A stretch of 64,000 bases of DNA, from NCBI GenBank assembly GCA_951406725.2, contig OX597826.1, forward strand, positions 82,150,001 through 82,214,000, given 5' to 3'. Source of the stretch: Octopus vulgaris. Taxonomy: Eukaryota. The notes under the pieces were generated by a model. That model was not told where the DNA came from, made no database searches, and saw only the letters and a program-made list of their open reading frames with translations. Each line of letters begins with the position of its first letter. The stretch's first letter is position 1. The position numbers were made by a program, and so were the translations under genes. Positions 39,749 through 54,200 of the stretch are shown here, piece by piece.

Positions 39749-40637
39749 ATGAATTCAATGCAGTTGTAATAGCGTTTTGTGTATGTGTGCAGTTGGGGGA
39801 CGTTGATTCTCAATACATTGCATGCTAAATAATGTCATTTGTTGCTCGGTTGGTGAGCTTTAAATAACGTCTGAGATTGTTTTTAATATCATGTCATATT
39901 AGTGAAACATCTCTTCAGTTTTCCGGTTGAGGATTTAGCATGTAAACATTAACAGCAGTTTGATGCTGTCTACCGAAACTTGGAACTGGGAATTTTGGAC
40001 ACTTGTCAACTGTCCAACGCTTACGGTACTAAGTCTTTCACTTTGGCTTTTCTTTCCAAATTTCTTTCTTTCACTGTTCCTTTCTATTTATGCTTCTCAC
40101 TGTTTTCACAAGAAATCCTATCCCCGACAGCGTCAACACTAACACCACCACCACCACCACCACCACTACCACCACCACCTGTTGCCCTTCTATTACATCT
40201 TCTTTTTACTCTTTCTAGTTGTCTTTATCTTCTTTTATTTCTGTTTTTCTTCACCGCATCCTCTCCTCTCTTCTTCCTCCTTTCCTCACAGTCAAGTTCT
40301 CACATAAATTTCTTACTAATCATTAACACCATCTCAGTCATAAACATCGCCGGTGATGTGTTCCACCAATCCGAAGTCTCTTCTACCATCACAACCACCA
40401 CCACCACCACCACCGCCACCGCCACCGCCACAACAGCCCCCACCACACCGCCACCACCGCCACCCATACTTATAGCAGTTCCTTGCCGTATTCTATGGAC
40501 ATATTTCTAATATCATATAGTATCATGTACTCTACACATAATAAATATGCTTTTGTCTGCGCGCAAAGTAGAATGGTGTTAAACTTGCCAGAGCTGAAAG
40601 CAGTTATGCGGTTTCGATTTAGCAATTTGGTACCAAC

Positions 40638-40676
<39 letters not shown>

Positions 40677-41185
40677 CTAAGGTGCTCGCTTTGCAACCAT
40701 TATGTAGTGCCAGGTTCAGTCTCTGTAAGAATCATCTTAGAAAAGCGTTTTCATCTGGCGTCTACGATTGGCAAATGCCTTGAAAAGAGGACCTCATAGC
40801 ATTTTGTAGACGTAACCAGACACGCACAAACACATACAAGCATGACACACACACACAGGCATACGCACACATATAGAAACCCCACATTCAAATACAATTC
40901 TCTCTGTCTGTCTGTCTGTCTGTCTCTCTTATACACACAAATGCACAATGTATATATGTCTGCATATAACGGGTTCAAAATGCCGCTAAAGCAGTGCTTT
41001 AGGTACGAAAAGGAATGTGAATGATAGAAGGACAAATTGCTTTGCTTAATAAATTTAAGAAGGTTTTAATCTTTTAAAAGTCGCTGAAGAAGACAATAGC
41101 ATGAATCGTCTGTTATTCTTACAACTCCTTTCAAATAAGATCCTAAAAATGTAACTCACTCGTAAGGGAAACACACACACACATA

Positions 41186-41224
<39 letters not shown>

Positions 41225-41319
41225 AATGTAAATGAACTTGTGTGTGTATTCTGAGCAATAGAATCATAGTTTCATTGCTGCACTACACGAAATGCTTTGC
41301 AAAATTTGTTCCGGATAAG

Positions 41320-41750
41320 TTGGCGAGCTGACAAAGTCGTTACCACGCCGCCTGGCGGTATTTCGTCGGCGGCGAGCTGGGCGAAATGCTTAGCGGTATT
41401 TCGTCTGCCGATACGTTCTGAGTTCAAATTCCGCCGAAGTCGACTTTGCCTTTCATCCTTCCGGGGTCGATAAATTAAGTACCAGTTACGCACTGGGGTC
41501 GATGTAATCGACTTAATACCTATGTCTGTCCTTGCTTGTCCCATCTATGTTTAGCCCCTTGTGGGTAATACAGAAATAGGTATTTCGTCGGTCTTTACGT
41601 TCTGTGTTCGAATACCGCCTGGGTAGACTTTGCTTTTCATCCCTTTTGGGGTCGATAAAATAAGTACCAGCTGAACACTGGAGTTAATGAAATCGACGTA
41701 GCCCCTCTCCCCCGGAATTGCTGGTCTTGTGCTGAAATTTTTGACCAATA
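41320..41750 (+). mobile_element. tRNA-derived SINE family B, tandem array (partial head + full copy + second monomer)
   Basis: ggcggcgagctgg ... gagttcaaattccgccgaagtcgactttgcctttcatccttccggggtcgataaattaagtaccag; repeated at ~41578-41750 with a different tail. Confidence 0.85.
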
Positions 41751-42604
41751 TATATGTTCCTTTAAGAACTAATGAAATAAAGAACTGGTTGAAGGAGGGC
41801 AAATAAAGCCGATTACTTCGATCAATGCTACAACAGACGAGTACGGTCCATCGTACTCCAATCTCCGCTCATCCATGAGCTTTCTTCCATAGGTGAAACA
41901 ATATATCAATATAGTTACATAAATATTAGTTATTATAGATATTACTGCCAAAACAAAACACACATACACACAGCCTGTCATTTATACACCCGTATTTATA
42001 CACCCGCAATTACACACAATGTATCGCTAAAAGGGATCTTCGAAAAGGAATAAAGCCAAAACGGAAATAAATATTTGTATATATAGTCTATTTTTGTATA
42101 TATATTTATACATGTATATTTATATTTATACTTGTATCAGTAAGATAAATAAAAAAAAATCGTTTTATTTGAACAACAATTCTTCATGTTGCCGTTTCGT
42201 TGTTATTCTATCGTAAATCAGTGAACCAGTGAGAAACTGATTGAAACCTTAGAACCAACGAAGTGATTGTTGTCAAAGGCAGCCACAGCCCCTACAACTG
42301 AAAATAAAAAACGAAATATTACCCAAGTTTATTCATCGCATTCAACCATCAGATTTTCTCTAACACTTCTTGTATTCTTAAGATGATATCTCACCTCATA
42401 CAATCTTTTTCACCTGTGTAAGGTGGCACAAATTGCAATCAAACATTCAGTATCCTACAATACGTGACAGTGCGACAGTGCGTAGATTTTATGGAAGTTT
42501 TGTGTTAAAATTCTCTACAACAGATTTTGTACGCACACTCAAATGTATGTACACACACACACACAAAAACAAAAATTCATACATACATACACTTTTATAT
42601 GTAT

Positions 42605-42668
42605 ATTTGTTATTCTTAAACAAAATGTTCTTGACAATCAAGAACATTCTTGTTTAAGAATAATAAAT
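42605..42668. repeat. Near-perfect 30-bp-arm palindrome (hairpin)
   Basis: atttgttattcttaaacaaaatgttcttga-caa-tcaagaacattcttgtttaagaataataaat; one bulge, one G-T. Confidence 0.85.
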
Positions 42669-42848
42669 TTGTACTCTACGATTTTATCGAGAAGCCGATC
42701 GCATTAATGCAAAATGATTTGATCAGGACTGAACATAAAAAAACAAACATACAAATGTTTTAATATTTCGCTTGAGCAGAGCGAGATTCATAACGCGTCT
42801 GTGTTCTGAAGATGTAACTTTCCCAAACAAAGTGCACATCATATTTAA

Positions 42849-42929
42849 GGCTCTGATGAAGCTATAAGATGCTATCTGGATTCTCAACTGAGAGTCCACC
42901 ACATCTTATAGCAGAAACAATTCTAAACC
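42849..42929 (+). ncRNA. Hammerhead-ribozyme-like motif (type I) with extended stem II
   Basis: ggct-CTGATGA(42853-59)-a-gctataagatg...catcttatagc-a-GAAA(42914-17)-caattc-TA-aacc. Confidence 0.6.
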
Positions 42930-43129
42930 AAGGCAGTTCATTACATGCATTTGATTTTTCTACATACATACATGCATACACACACATATACATACATACA
43001 TACATACATACATACATACATACATACATACATACATACACATACATACATACATACACACACACATATACATAAATACATACATGCATACATGTATGTA
43101 TGCTTATAAACACATGTATATATATTTTT

Positions 43130-43337
43130 CTACTCTGGGCATAGGGCTCGAAATTTTGGGGGAGAGGCCAGTCGATTAGATCGACCCCAGTACTCAATTG
43201 GTACTTAATTTATCAACCCCGTAAGGATGAAAGGCAAAGTCGACCTCGGCGGAATTTGAACTAAGAACGTAAAGAGAGACGAAATACTGCTAAGCATTTC
43301 GCCAGACGTGCTAACGGTTCTGCCAGCTCGCCACCTT
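43130..43337 (-). mobile_element. SINE family B
   Basis: ggtacttaatttatcaaccccgtaaggatgaaaggcaaagtcgacctcggcggaatttgaact ... ctgccagctcgccacc. Confidence 0.85.
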
Positions 43338-43361
43338 AATACATCTATATATAAACGCATG

Positions 43362-43421
<60 letters not shown>

Positions 43422-44506
43422 AATATATTCAATTCAGTCGAGGTGCACGTAATAGTGATGAATGAAATACAGTTATATACAGTCTTATTCAACAAGATCG
43501 TGGACATTCTTGCATAGTAAAACGATGTAGCGTACAAGTTTCGGAAAAAGGAATTCCTTTTATAGACAAACCACACCACAAGGTCATCAACGACGTCTCG
43601 ATACACATAACCGATGAAGCATAATAGCTCAGGATCGAATGCGTTCAACGTACCAATGACATTTCTCATGGCCTAGTGATTCCTTTCCACGCATATCGTC
43701 CATAAGGTAAATTACCTTTCTCGAGACCATTCATGTGACTATATTGAAACGTGCACGAACATGTGAATAAGACTGTACCTATCATTTATTTACCTTCGCT
43801 TTTCTGCCTCTAATTCATTCATTCATTCCAGGTTTAAAACAACCTTTTGCGCAATAACAAATGCACAAGTTTCCAATATAATATTCGAACAACTAGTTCT
43901 TTGTGACAATTCCTTATCAGCTTTAGCCAGTTCTTTGAAAGGGTAAGGCGAATTTATCCCAGTACTGCATTGGCATTTGGTTTCATTTATCAGTTCCGAA
44001 AGATAAAAAGGACTTTGGACTACGCAGGATTGGAACCTAGAGTGCAGAGAGCTGTAACAATTGGCACTAAGTATTCTTTCTGATTCTTGAACGAGTTTAA
44101 GACTTGACACGCATACAAACTTACACACGTATGTACAAACACATACATACGCATACACACATAAATACATCGCGAGGAAGGCGATGACATTCTAGCCATG
44201 GCCATCCCGAAAGTTTTGGTTTTTCAGTCACATTGTATCTAGGATTACAATGTTTATTGCGTTTCTTTTCTAAGACTGTAAATTGAGTTTTTGAGGGAGA
44301 TTTCGCTACTATATATATAGTTAATCCAAACATATATATATATATATATCAGATAAAACACTGACGTAGAAGACCCCCCCCCACCTTTGACTCATCGGCA
44401 AATGGGAAGTCTCCTCTTCTTGTGAATCCACCGAGTGGTAGTGAAGGAAACGCAAGAGTTACTTTCTGAACGATCCTTCATGACTCCCTCACGGTGGTTT
44501 ATAACA

Positions 44507-44545
<39 letters not shown>

Positions 44546-45219
44546 GTATTGGACGGGTACTTTATAAACTCCGAGAAGTAGAAATGCAAGTTTGGCCTTA
44601 GCTTCACTTGAACTCAGAACTTAGAGAGCTGAACTGGATCTCAATCTTTCTATTCGACGCTCTAACGACTGCGCCAACTCGTCCCCTTCTAAGCGACGTG
44701 AAGTAACTGCAGTGAAGAATGAAACTTGTATGGCGCTGGTGGTTTGCCGTCAGGGAACTGATTAATCTGCAGCAGAAGACTCCACTGCAGAGCAAAATAT
44801 CGGATTCCTTTTTGACGAAACAAAGAGTCCATTGTAAGTTGGTGAAAAGTGTGTTTAGAGGAAGTGAGACGAATGTATATTTTGAAGAACTTTATGAGGA
44901 AATAGCTTCAAATGCCAGAGTGTCATGTGACAGACAAGGTCAAAAACTCTACACAAATACAAGAGTCTTCAACTTTGATTCTGTGTTATTCCACGACTAT
45001 AGTGCTACTGTTGTTGTTGTTGCTGCTGCTGTTGATGATGATGCAGCAGTAGTTCTTGTTGTTGCTGCTGCTGCTATCACTCTTGTTACTGTTGTAGACC
45101 GATAAATATGAGATCATCTTCTTGTTGTTAGTTGTTTTGTGATCGTTGTCATGAAAGTAGTTGTTGCTATGGTTACTATTGAAGTTCATATTATCTTAGC
45201 TCTTGTTTCTCTCCGGTCT

Positions 45220-45380
45220 GTTGACCCCAGGTCGGCTATCATTGGTCATATATCCAATGATCGACTTAATCAAGCAGATCCGCGATAAAAACATATTTCA
45301 CCCGTAACCCGGGTATTGTTTGGATGTGTGATTTGAGGGAGATATGGATGCTATTTCTAACAGAGCGAGTCGCCTGGTCT
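45220..45380 (+). mobile_element. Old dispersed repeat (SINE-like family E)
   Basis: gaccccaggtc ... atttgagggagatatggatgctatttcta; related diverged segments at ~7110-7230, 9970-10130, 11600-11720 and 44185-44310, and reversed at ~5710-5740. Confidence 0.5.
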
Positions 45381-48027
45381 GTTTGTCACAAAAGTATTTT
45401 AGCGCTAAATAAATTGTTCTCATTAAATATTCGCAACCAGTAATCTTCATAAATAATCTTTAATACAGGCAAGTTTTCACACATTTTACATGAAGGAAAT
45501 ACATCATATCCGCATTTCAGTGGTGCTTTAGTTTATTATTTCCAGTCGGTGAAAAGTGAAGTTCACTCAAGTGGGTTTTGTATTGAGAACATTTAGTGCC
45601 ATAAACTAAGTACCACAAAGTATTTTGTCGGTCACTCGAACGGTTCCTCCAATCCTTCGTCCTATATTTCATAAAGAGCGCAGATCACTGTCCAGTATAG
45701 AATCCTAGAATCGACGTCCACTTCTGGCCCATAGATGTCTTTGGTGATATCCATTCTTTTGCAAGACAAAACCTCCGACTTCTGTCTCCAGACTTAGAGG
45801 ACCGTGAAAAGGTCATTTGAGTAGGAAACCCTGGAAATTATCACGAGTGCCGCCACTCCTCTTCTCACTGAACAATTACAGAAAAAAAAATAGCATTCAG
45901 ATAACACATTAACCAAAATCAAACTTTTGATCAAAGAAGTTGGAGTCGACACAATTCGCAGTGTTTTCAAACTACATTATTCAATATTTCTCCCCTTTTA
46001 TGATGTTGAAATGTTATTTGCAGTTGGTTTCACTACAATTTCGAGCAACCATATAGAAGATCACTCATTAGCCCGGATTCCCACATTGATTCAGCCATTA
46101 AACTTTAAGCATCATTCTTCTAGCAAGTCGTGGAATCTGGAAGGAAGCCTTCAAGATCCGAGAATCTATTACCGAATTCAGTAAATATTCCTTCTCTGTG
46201 ATTAAAGGAATTTTTATGTATATATTGGAATGAAAATAGCAGATATTAATATTCATGAGATTGCTATTTGGTATTTGTGACTGATTAATATATAAAGAAT
46301 TTGTTTGTAATGGTATTTGGGTGGAGAGAACTACGAACTTATCCTTTCCGGGACAGTTAATGTATTTGTAACATAATATAGTTCTGTGTGAATACTTCTG
46401 GTTTATAACAAATCCAGTGACTGCTTCTTGGTGAAGCCACCCAAAACATACATGTGTGTAAAAGGATATATATATAAGTGTGTATGTGTGTATACGTGTG
46501 TGCCACATTTACACACACACACACATTTATATAAACACAAAAAAACATACATACATTTCAATATATGTGTATTTTATTAAAATTTTGAAATCAATAAAAT
46601 ATGTTTTGGTTCGTTCGAAGAGTAAGTCATGGCCTACAGAATTACATAAGATGTACTCGTTTATGGTCGTTCGTCGAGAAAATTCTTCAGACGTGTTGCA
46701 CTCAAAACACAACTGCTTGTTTTTTTAGCCTAGTTAAAAATTGTTCTACATTTCCTTATTTTTCAGTCTGGGAACAAGAGTATCCCTAAATCAATTGACG
46801 AGTTGCAGACGAGTATTGCAGCCGGTCGCTAAGAATCACAGCAAGACTGCTGCACATGATAAAATCGAGCAGCAACGCTAGTCCTGCTATCATTTCGTTG
46901 AGGTGACTGACCGACAGGATCTTCACTGAAACCGGAACTCTATCGTTTTACACTAAACATAACGAAAAAAGAATGAAGAAATAGTGGTGGGGGGAGGGGG
47001 AGGGATGTATGTTACAATTCTGTCGAGAACAAGATTGTTTTGGTGGGGATGCGTTTTCAGTCATTCCTTTCTTCTAACTTTCTTTCTTCTGGAGGCCTTT
47101 GTTTTGCAGAAATATGTCTTCGATAGTGGGCAGAAAGTGCTTAGTGGAATATATAACTGGTATTCATTTATTGACATCCCACCCTCTCCACATAGAAGGA
47201 AATCAGCACTCTTGGACTATTATAAACGAAGACCATGCAACGGACGGGATCGTGACAATCCTCGGAACAATTCAGAACAACAATTTAGAATTTGATCCAC
47301 GAAAAAAAAAAAAGAAAAGAAAAAGGATATATTTTCCTTCACAGAGCTGTGCCTCACCCAACAAGGAACCGCGCTCGAATGGTATCTAATCGCATAAAAG
47401 TTTATATTTTCCGAGAAAAGATTGTTAACGTCTGGCTTTGTCTTTTTTCCATCTCTAGGAAAAAAGGACGTTTTTAGTGTTTTACCTCAACACTTCTCAC
47501 GGTGTAACGTAACCGATTTTGGGAGAGAGAGAGAAAGAGAAGAGAGAGAGAGGGATAAAGAGATAAAGAGAGAGTGAGATAAAGAGAGAGTGAGATATAG
47601 AGAGAGTTAGAGAGAGAACAATTCCAGTGTTTTAACAAAACTTATTGCCCCTTGAAGAATGGTAAAGTTGACCTCAACGAGATTTGAAATCGGGGATTCA
47701 GAGGAGCAAATACCGCAAGGCATTCCATCCAAGATTTTAACTATCTTCTCAGTTTGCCGCTTCTCTAAACATCCACCTCTTCCATTTAAATCTAAAAATC
47801 CTGTGTGAATTCGGGAAAAGAAGAACCCACCCAGTATACACAACAACAACAACAACAACATCGACCACGACGACAGCAACCATTGAGATAACAATATCAA
47901 CAATGGAAGTAACCGCCAGAACCAAAAAAGTTAATAAACAAACATCCAAACGCAATCAAAACAAAATGAAACCCCCACTCTCTCTCACTTCTACTCTTCC
48001 TACCACTTGGCTGACGATGATGATGAA

Positions 48028-48070
<43 letters not shown>

Positions 48071-49370
48071 GTGTGTGCGTGTGTGTGTGTGTGTGTTGAA
48101 AACATTTCATGCTAATTTGAAGAAAATTTGCTATAAATCAATAAGTTGGTGTAAATGTGAGATAACCAATTGAGATAACGGAAGCAAAATGAAATGAAAG
48201 CAAAAATTAAAATATTCCTTGTTTTGTTTGTGTAGATTTGCGTGTGCGCGTGTGAGTGCGTGTATGTGTGTGCTTGAAAACTGGATGGGGTTGCGTATAT
48301 ATATATATATATATATATATAGTGTATGTGTTGTCTGTGTACTAATGCATGTGTGTGTGTGTGAGACCTGTGTGTAGTTGTGTGTATTTGAATGTGCAGG
48401 TGTATATGTGTATGATAGTATGTTATACATGTGTGTGTGTGTTAGTGCGTTAGTGTGTGTCAGAATGTTAGTGTGTATATGTGTGTGTGTGTGTGCGAGC
48501 GGGCTTGGGGGTTGTGTGGTTAAGTTGAAAGTGAGAAAGGAATTAAAACGATAACGATTACATTACGATACGGAAGATGATAGGATAGAAGGAGTCTGAT
48601 TAGGGTAGGAGGGATTAACACACACACACGCGCGCACACACACATCACAACTAATAACAACAACTGCAACAATAACAACACTTTGCCGCTTTTCCAAATA
48701 ACAGCAAAGCATTCAGATATCGCCAACACCATCAAAAAGACACACGCAACGCCACCGATATTTTTTCCACCATGATTAATAGCAGGAAATACAACATACA
48801 ATAATTGTAATTTAAGTTTTATCAAATTTCACTTCTTTTTTTTTCTTCTTTCTTCTCCTAATCTCCGTTGCTTGTCTTGCTTAGTTTCTTCCATTTTGGA
48901 GTATTATAAAGCAATTAATTGAAACAAAACTTTTCTCCTAGTCCAAGGAGAGTAAATATGATGTTCTCGTTTAGAGATGGTATATGAACTGTTCAGATTT
49001 GTAATTGTTAACGAAACTAATTCCTTTTCATTCAAAAGGAAAACAAATTTTGAAAGAATTTTGGCGACTGTTCATGTTCAGTATTCGGCAACTGAAAATT
49101 TTTACATGCTATTAGAATATTACGGCAGTTCTTAGATTTATGTCAGACACGCAATCCTTCTCCTGTCGTCGGCGAACTAATTGTGTAACACAGGGACCAC
49201 ATAGAAACGGTGAAATTCAGAATCATGATGCTTTATAAAAATATACTACAGAACGGAAATGAAATCCGTTTAATAAGTTTTAGCATTCGGAGCTTTTGTT
49301 CACTTGTGTAACGTGTGGAAAACCGAAAGTTTCCAATAATCCAAATATAATTGTGTACATTACTGAGCTT

Positions 49371-49880
<510 letters not shown>

Positions 49881-50264
49881 CTTTTATTCTTTTACTTGTT
49901 TCAGTCAATTGACTGCGGCCAGGCTGGAGCACCGCCTTGGAGCATTTTAGTGAAACAAATCGATCGCAGGACTTATTCTTTAAGCCTAGTACTTATTCTA
50001 TGAATCTTTTTGCCGAACCGTTAAGTTACAGGGATGTGAACACACCAGCGCCGGTTGTCAAGCGGTGATAGGGGGACAAATACAGATACACGCATATATA
50101 TATATATTTACAAGACAGGCTTCTTTCAATTTCCGTATACCATTTCCACTCACAAGGCTTTGGCGGCCCGAGGCTATAGTAGAAGTCACTTGCCCAAGGT
50201 GTCACACAGTGGGACTGAACCCGGAACCCTGTGGTTGAGAAGTAAACTTCTCCCCACACAGCCG
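49881..50264 (-). mobile_element. SINE family A, full-length
   Basis: Same tail, body and head; tail abuts a 500-bp TA/TATG microsatellite. Confidence 0.85.
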
Positions 50265-52229
50265 CAGGAGAGTTGTAAAGAAACAAATTTGGTGCCAACC
50301 GAATTTATTTCTTTACAACATTCCTAAAAATGCATATGTTTTAATAAAAAAAATAGCAGAGATACATTTTCCAGAGGCTATGTTAACATTGAAATAATTT
50401 GGAGGAGAGTTTTTCTCTCTTTCTCGAATTTCTTTTCGTTTAACTTAATATTTTACAGAAGTACGTTTTCGAGAATCTAAGTTACATAATATTGAGGTTT
50501 CAAAAATATAATTTAACAGAAAACTGAAAAATACTAAAGTTATAGATATTTAAGATGAGAACGGAATCAAGGAAAGAATATCGCAGTATTCTTGCCTAAA
50601 AGAATTCTTCAAAGTTTTATCAACATAATCGCAATGTATTCTATCAAAAACCTTTCTCTACAAAATGCAAATAGGAAATTTTCCAAAAGGTATAAAAAAA
50701 ATCAAAATGATGTTATGCTTCGCTCCAATCCTCCCTCTCTTCCCCCCACTTCTGCATAGACGCACCTATATATATTATGGTACATATCCATTTGTCTGTG
50801 TCTGTCTACTAAGTCCAGAGTACGGACGTATCTTAAAAAAGTGAGACGGCTTTCTGGAAAGATGTGGACCTCAGCAAGATTAATTGTGGTAAAAACACCA
50901 AAAATATACGCTAGAGAAGTTGGGTGGCAGAATGGAAATTGGGAAGAACTGAAAGTGGTTGGTAGGGGAAGCTGGAAAGACGGTCGGAAATGATACCAAT
51001 GTCCAGAATGTGGCGGGGAAACAGTCGACCAGCAAACTATAGGTGAACACTTGGAAAGAAGAAATGGGTCCTGGGCTCAGGGTCTTGAATACAAAAACGG
51101 TGGTATTGGACTATATTTAAGTACAGGGTGTTTGATCTGTTGTAATGAGGAGTATTCAAGGTAGAAGTGAGTCATCAGAATTTGCAACAGACGACGACGA
51201 CCACCACCACCACCATCATCATCGTCTTCGTCGTCGTCAACGTCGTATAATTGTCTTCAATCTTCGTCGTCGATGTATAGTTTAGTGATCGTTAATTAAG
51301 TAATAGAATTCTTATTAGTGTGCGCCTCAACCATATACAACAAGGCCAACGAGAATAAGGTTGACTATGCCATACCAGAAATGAATATTTGCGCTTTTGA
51401 CATTTTTACCCGCTAATCTATGAAACCCAGCACAGGAGCAACTCGGGAGCATTCCATATTTGTGATTGTATATTATTTGTGTGTATTGTACTGAACGATA
51501 ATCGTATATTTTTATGAGGAGTAAGATAGATGCGATGTTTACTAATATTTTCTTATCTAGATTTCTTTTGTTGTGCGATGGAATGCATCGCGTTTGATCC
51601 TTGTTGAAAGTGAATGGAGGGTGGGCGGGGGGAAATTACTGAGAATGTAAAACTCGACTCATAAATTTTACAACTTAATCAAACTCGTAAATCACATTTC
51701 TCACTAGAAACTTGTTCACTGGATTACAGGTTGGCAGCTTGTTATTAATAAGAAGGTTTCAATACAATTTTTGTTTGTTGCATTCTATTAGTGTTGGTTT
51801 ATGCTCTGCTGCAATGCATCTTGTGTTATGCATGATAAGGATTTTGATAATGGGTTCATCTATTAATATATTTAATTCATGTAAGAATTTTGTGTGTGTG
51901 TGGTGAGTTTAATTTAAATCGATGTATTAGTCTCTGATATATTTTATTGCGTTCTACTTCGTTCTGTATTGTTTTATTGCCTGATTTTTTTAAATTTGCT
52001 TATCTAATTGTTGTTCATTAATATTTCTTTTATTTTAGTTTTACTATTTTTTCTTTAATGTTTCTTACGTTCTGTAGTAAGATTTATGTGGTTTTGTCTT
52101 CTTTTGTGGGTGAGAAAATAAAAGAAACTTCTCAGGAAGAATTGCACCGTTAATAATTCTTTATTTCTATATTACCATTTCCGTGAAAATAGAAGCAGAT
52201 GAGTGTTTTGGGGTTATGCAGATTCAGAG

Positions 52230-52570
52230 TTCCAAGAGTCAGAAATCCTTAAAGCAGCAATTCCACTGCACAGCCTTTTGTGTAGGATTTCTGCTGCAGC
52301 TCCGTATTGATCCAGACTTCCAGAAAATTCGGGAACTGTGCAGTACACCCTGTTCTTGCATTGTAAACTTAATAATCAGTCTTACTCTGGAGGATATTTG
52401 TCTGAGTACACCGTGGTCCGAGCTTTCAAACAAGATTTTGAATCAGTGACGAGAGATATGCTTGATTTCTTAGATGTGGAAGTGTAGCCCCAATAATCTT
52501 TCTTCAATGCCTCTCACATTTGTGAGAGATGGTGGGACGGTTACTTCAGACTATAGACTTGGCCCGAATA
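52230..52570 (+). mobile_element. Possible decayed RTE-type RT fragment
   Basis: VRAFKQDFESVTR resembles the FVDFKKAFDSVxR motif, with weak upstream similarity. Confidence 0.3.
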
Positions 52571-53529
52571 CTTTCAAATAATCTGGAGTCTGCTAACAGC
52601 AACCATGAGTAGTTTCTGTTCACGACATTTCGCAGACAATGCCTGGTTCGACCTTAAGCTATGATAAAAGTCACATGAAAAGTTATCATCAACAAATGCT
52701 CGCCCGAAACCATATAATGAGAAGCGAATGCCTTAAAAACTCAACCTTGCTAACAAATATGCAAGTCAGGAATTCACATTTTCTTTTCCCTTTCCCTTTA
52801 TGTTTGAGGCCCTGTGTCAATATAAAACCTTCTAAATTTCCAAATTCTCAGCCTTACTTTGGAAAATTGATCCATTAACTAAACTGAATTTACAAACAAT
52901 ACCTAACAGTTACTTTGATGACCAAAATTAACAGAGCAAAATCTTCGGTCACTTAAATCATGATTTACGAATTATTGACATCTTTATATAACTCCGGAGT
53001 ATCAAACTTACATTTCATATTTCTATCGCATACACCTGGGTTCCTTTTATTGTGGAGTTAGTGAAACACTGAAGGTATTTGCAATGAATTAACAAAATAT
53101 TACGGTGACTCTGGGCGATTTTTCTCTCCACGCGTAATTTTTCCTGTAGGTTAATAACATTGTTCCTACCAGTCCAAGGAGAGTTCAAAAAGAATGTGGA
53201 AGATCTGCGTATTTTTATTTATTCTGAAAAATAAATTTAGCTTTTTGTTTAAAGTATTGTGAAACCAAATTCCTTTATCAGTGATTAATACATATATTGC
53301 CTAAATAATAAACATCAAATATGTTGGTAATATTTAACAAATATGAAAATTATCTTTCGTAATTAAAACGGCAATCAAAATAAAACAGACTCGGGCGAAA
53401 ATATCGTAAACTTTGAAAGAATAGTGTTTCAAAGTTTTGCTGTATCATCAAGAATTTGAAGAATTACATAACCTCTTGCACGAGAATCGTTTAGCAGTAA
53501 ATCTATTTACTTTCATCGTATTGATATAA

Positions 53530-54200
53530 ATATATTTCATATATTTCTTCGAGATACCTATAATCCCTGCCGCAGTCTGTTGAGATGGAAAATAGTGAAT
53601 GACAACAAATATAGATGCGGAAAAGCGCGCTAAAGCATATTCTACCTAACTGGTCCATGGCACCGGAAAAGGTAAACAAAGGAGTACAGTTCTCAAAATT
53701 CTCTTATGGTCTGCCAAGAGACACATGGAAATGTTGAAGGGTGGCAAGAAACCACCAAAAAATGGCAGCAAGAAGTTTATTCTATTCTTTCGTCAAAGTC
53801 TAGATGGTTACCAAAATCGAAGATGAAAGTTGTGAACGACAAGAACTGGATGATATTTTGGGAGACGACAGTAGACCTTTTTTTCAGTGCCAACAATGAA
53901 GAATTCGGATATGATAATATGGTGTGAGGAACATAAAATTATACACTTTGTTGAATTTACTGTTCATATGAAGACGCTGCTCAAGTTTGAAAAGGTGAGG
54001 GTTGTGAGATGCTCCTAGAAGACATTATAGATGCTATTTGGAATGCAGTGCACTTTCCTATAGAAGTTGGATGTAGGGGTTTGATTGGGACCAAATTGAG
54101 GCTCTAGCTGCTATCAATTGGTGTCAAAGATCGGCAAGCAAACATTTTCAAAGAGATCTAGGCCAGTGATGACAGAGTCAGCCATTGGATGTGGCTGTGT
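53530..54200 (+). mobile_element. Decayed HERO/NeSL-like non-LTR element 3' end (zinc knuckle + restriction-like endonuclease)
   Basis: RCG...LKHIL; PTMKNSDMIIWCEEHKIIHFVEFTV (RPD..ELTV motif); HFPIEVGCRGLIG...RVSHWMWL. Confidence 0.65.

Noticed and set aside
44719-45105. 128-aa plus-strand ORF
   Set aside because: Runs into GTT/GCT repeats; no motif I can recognise.
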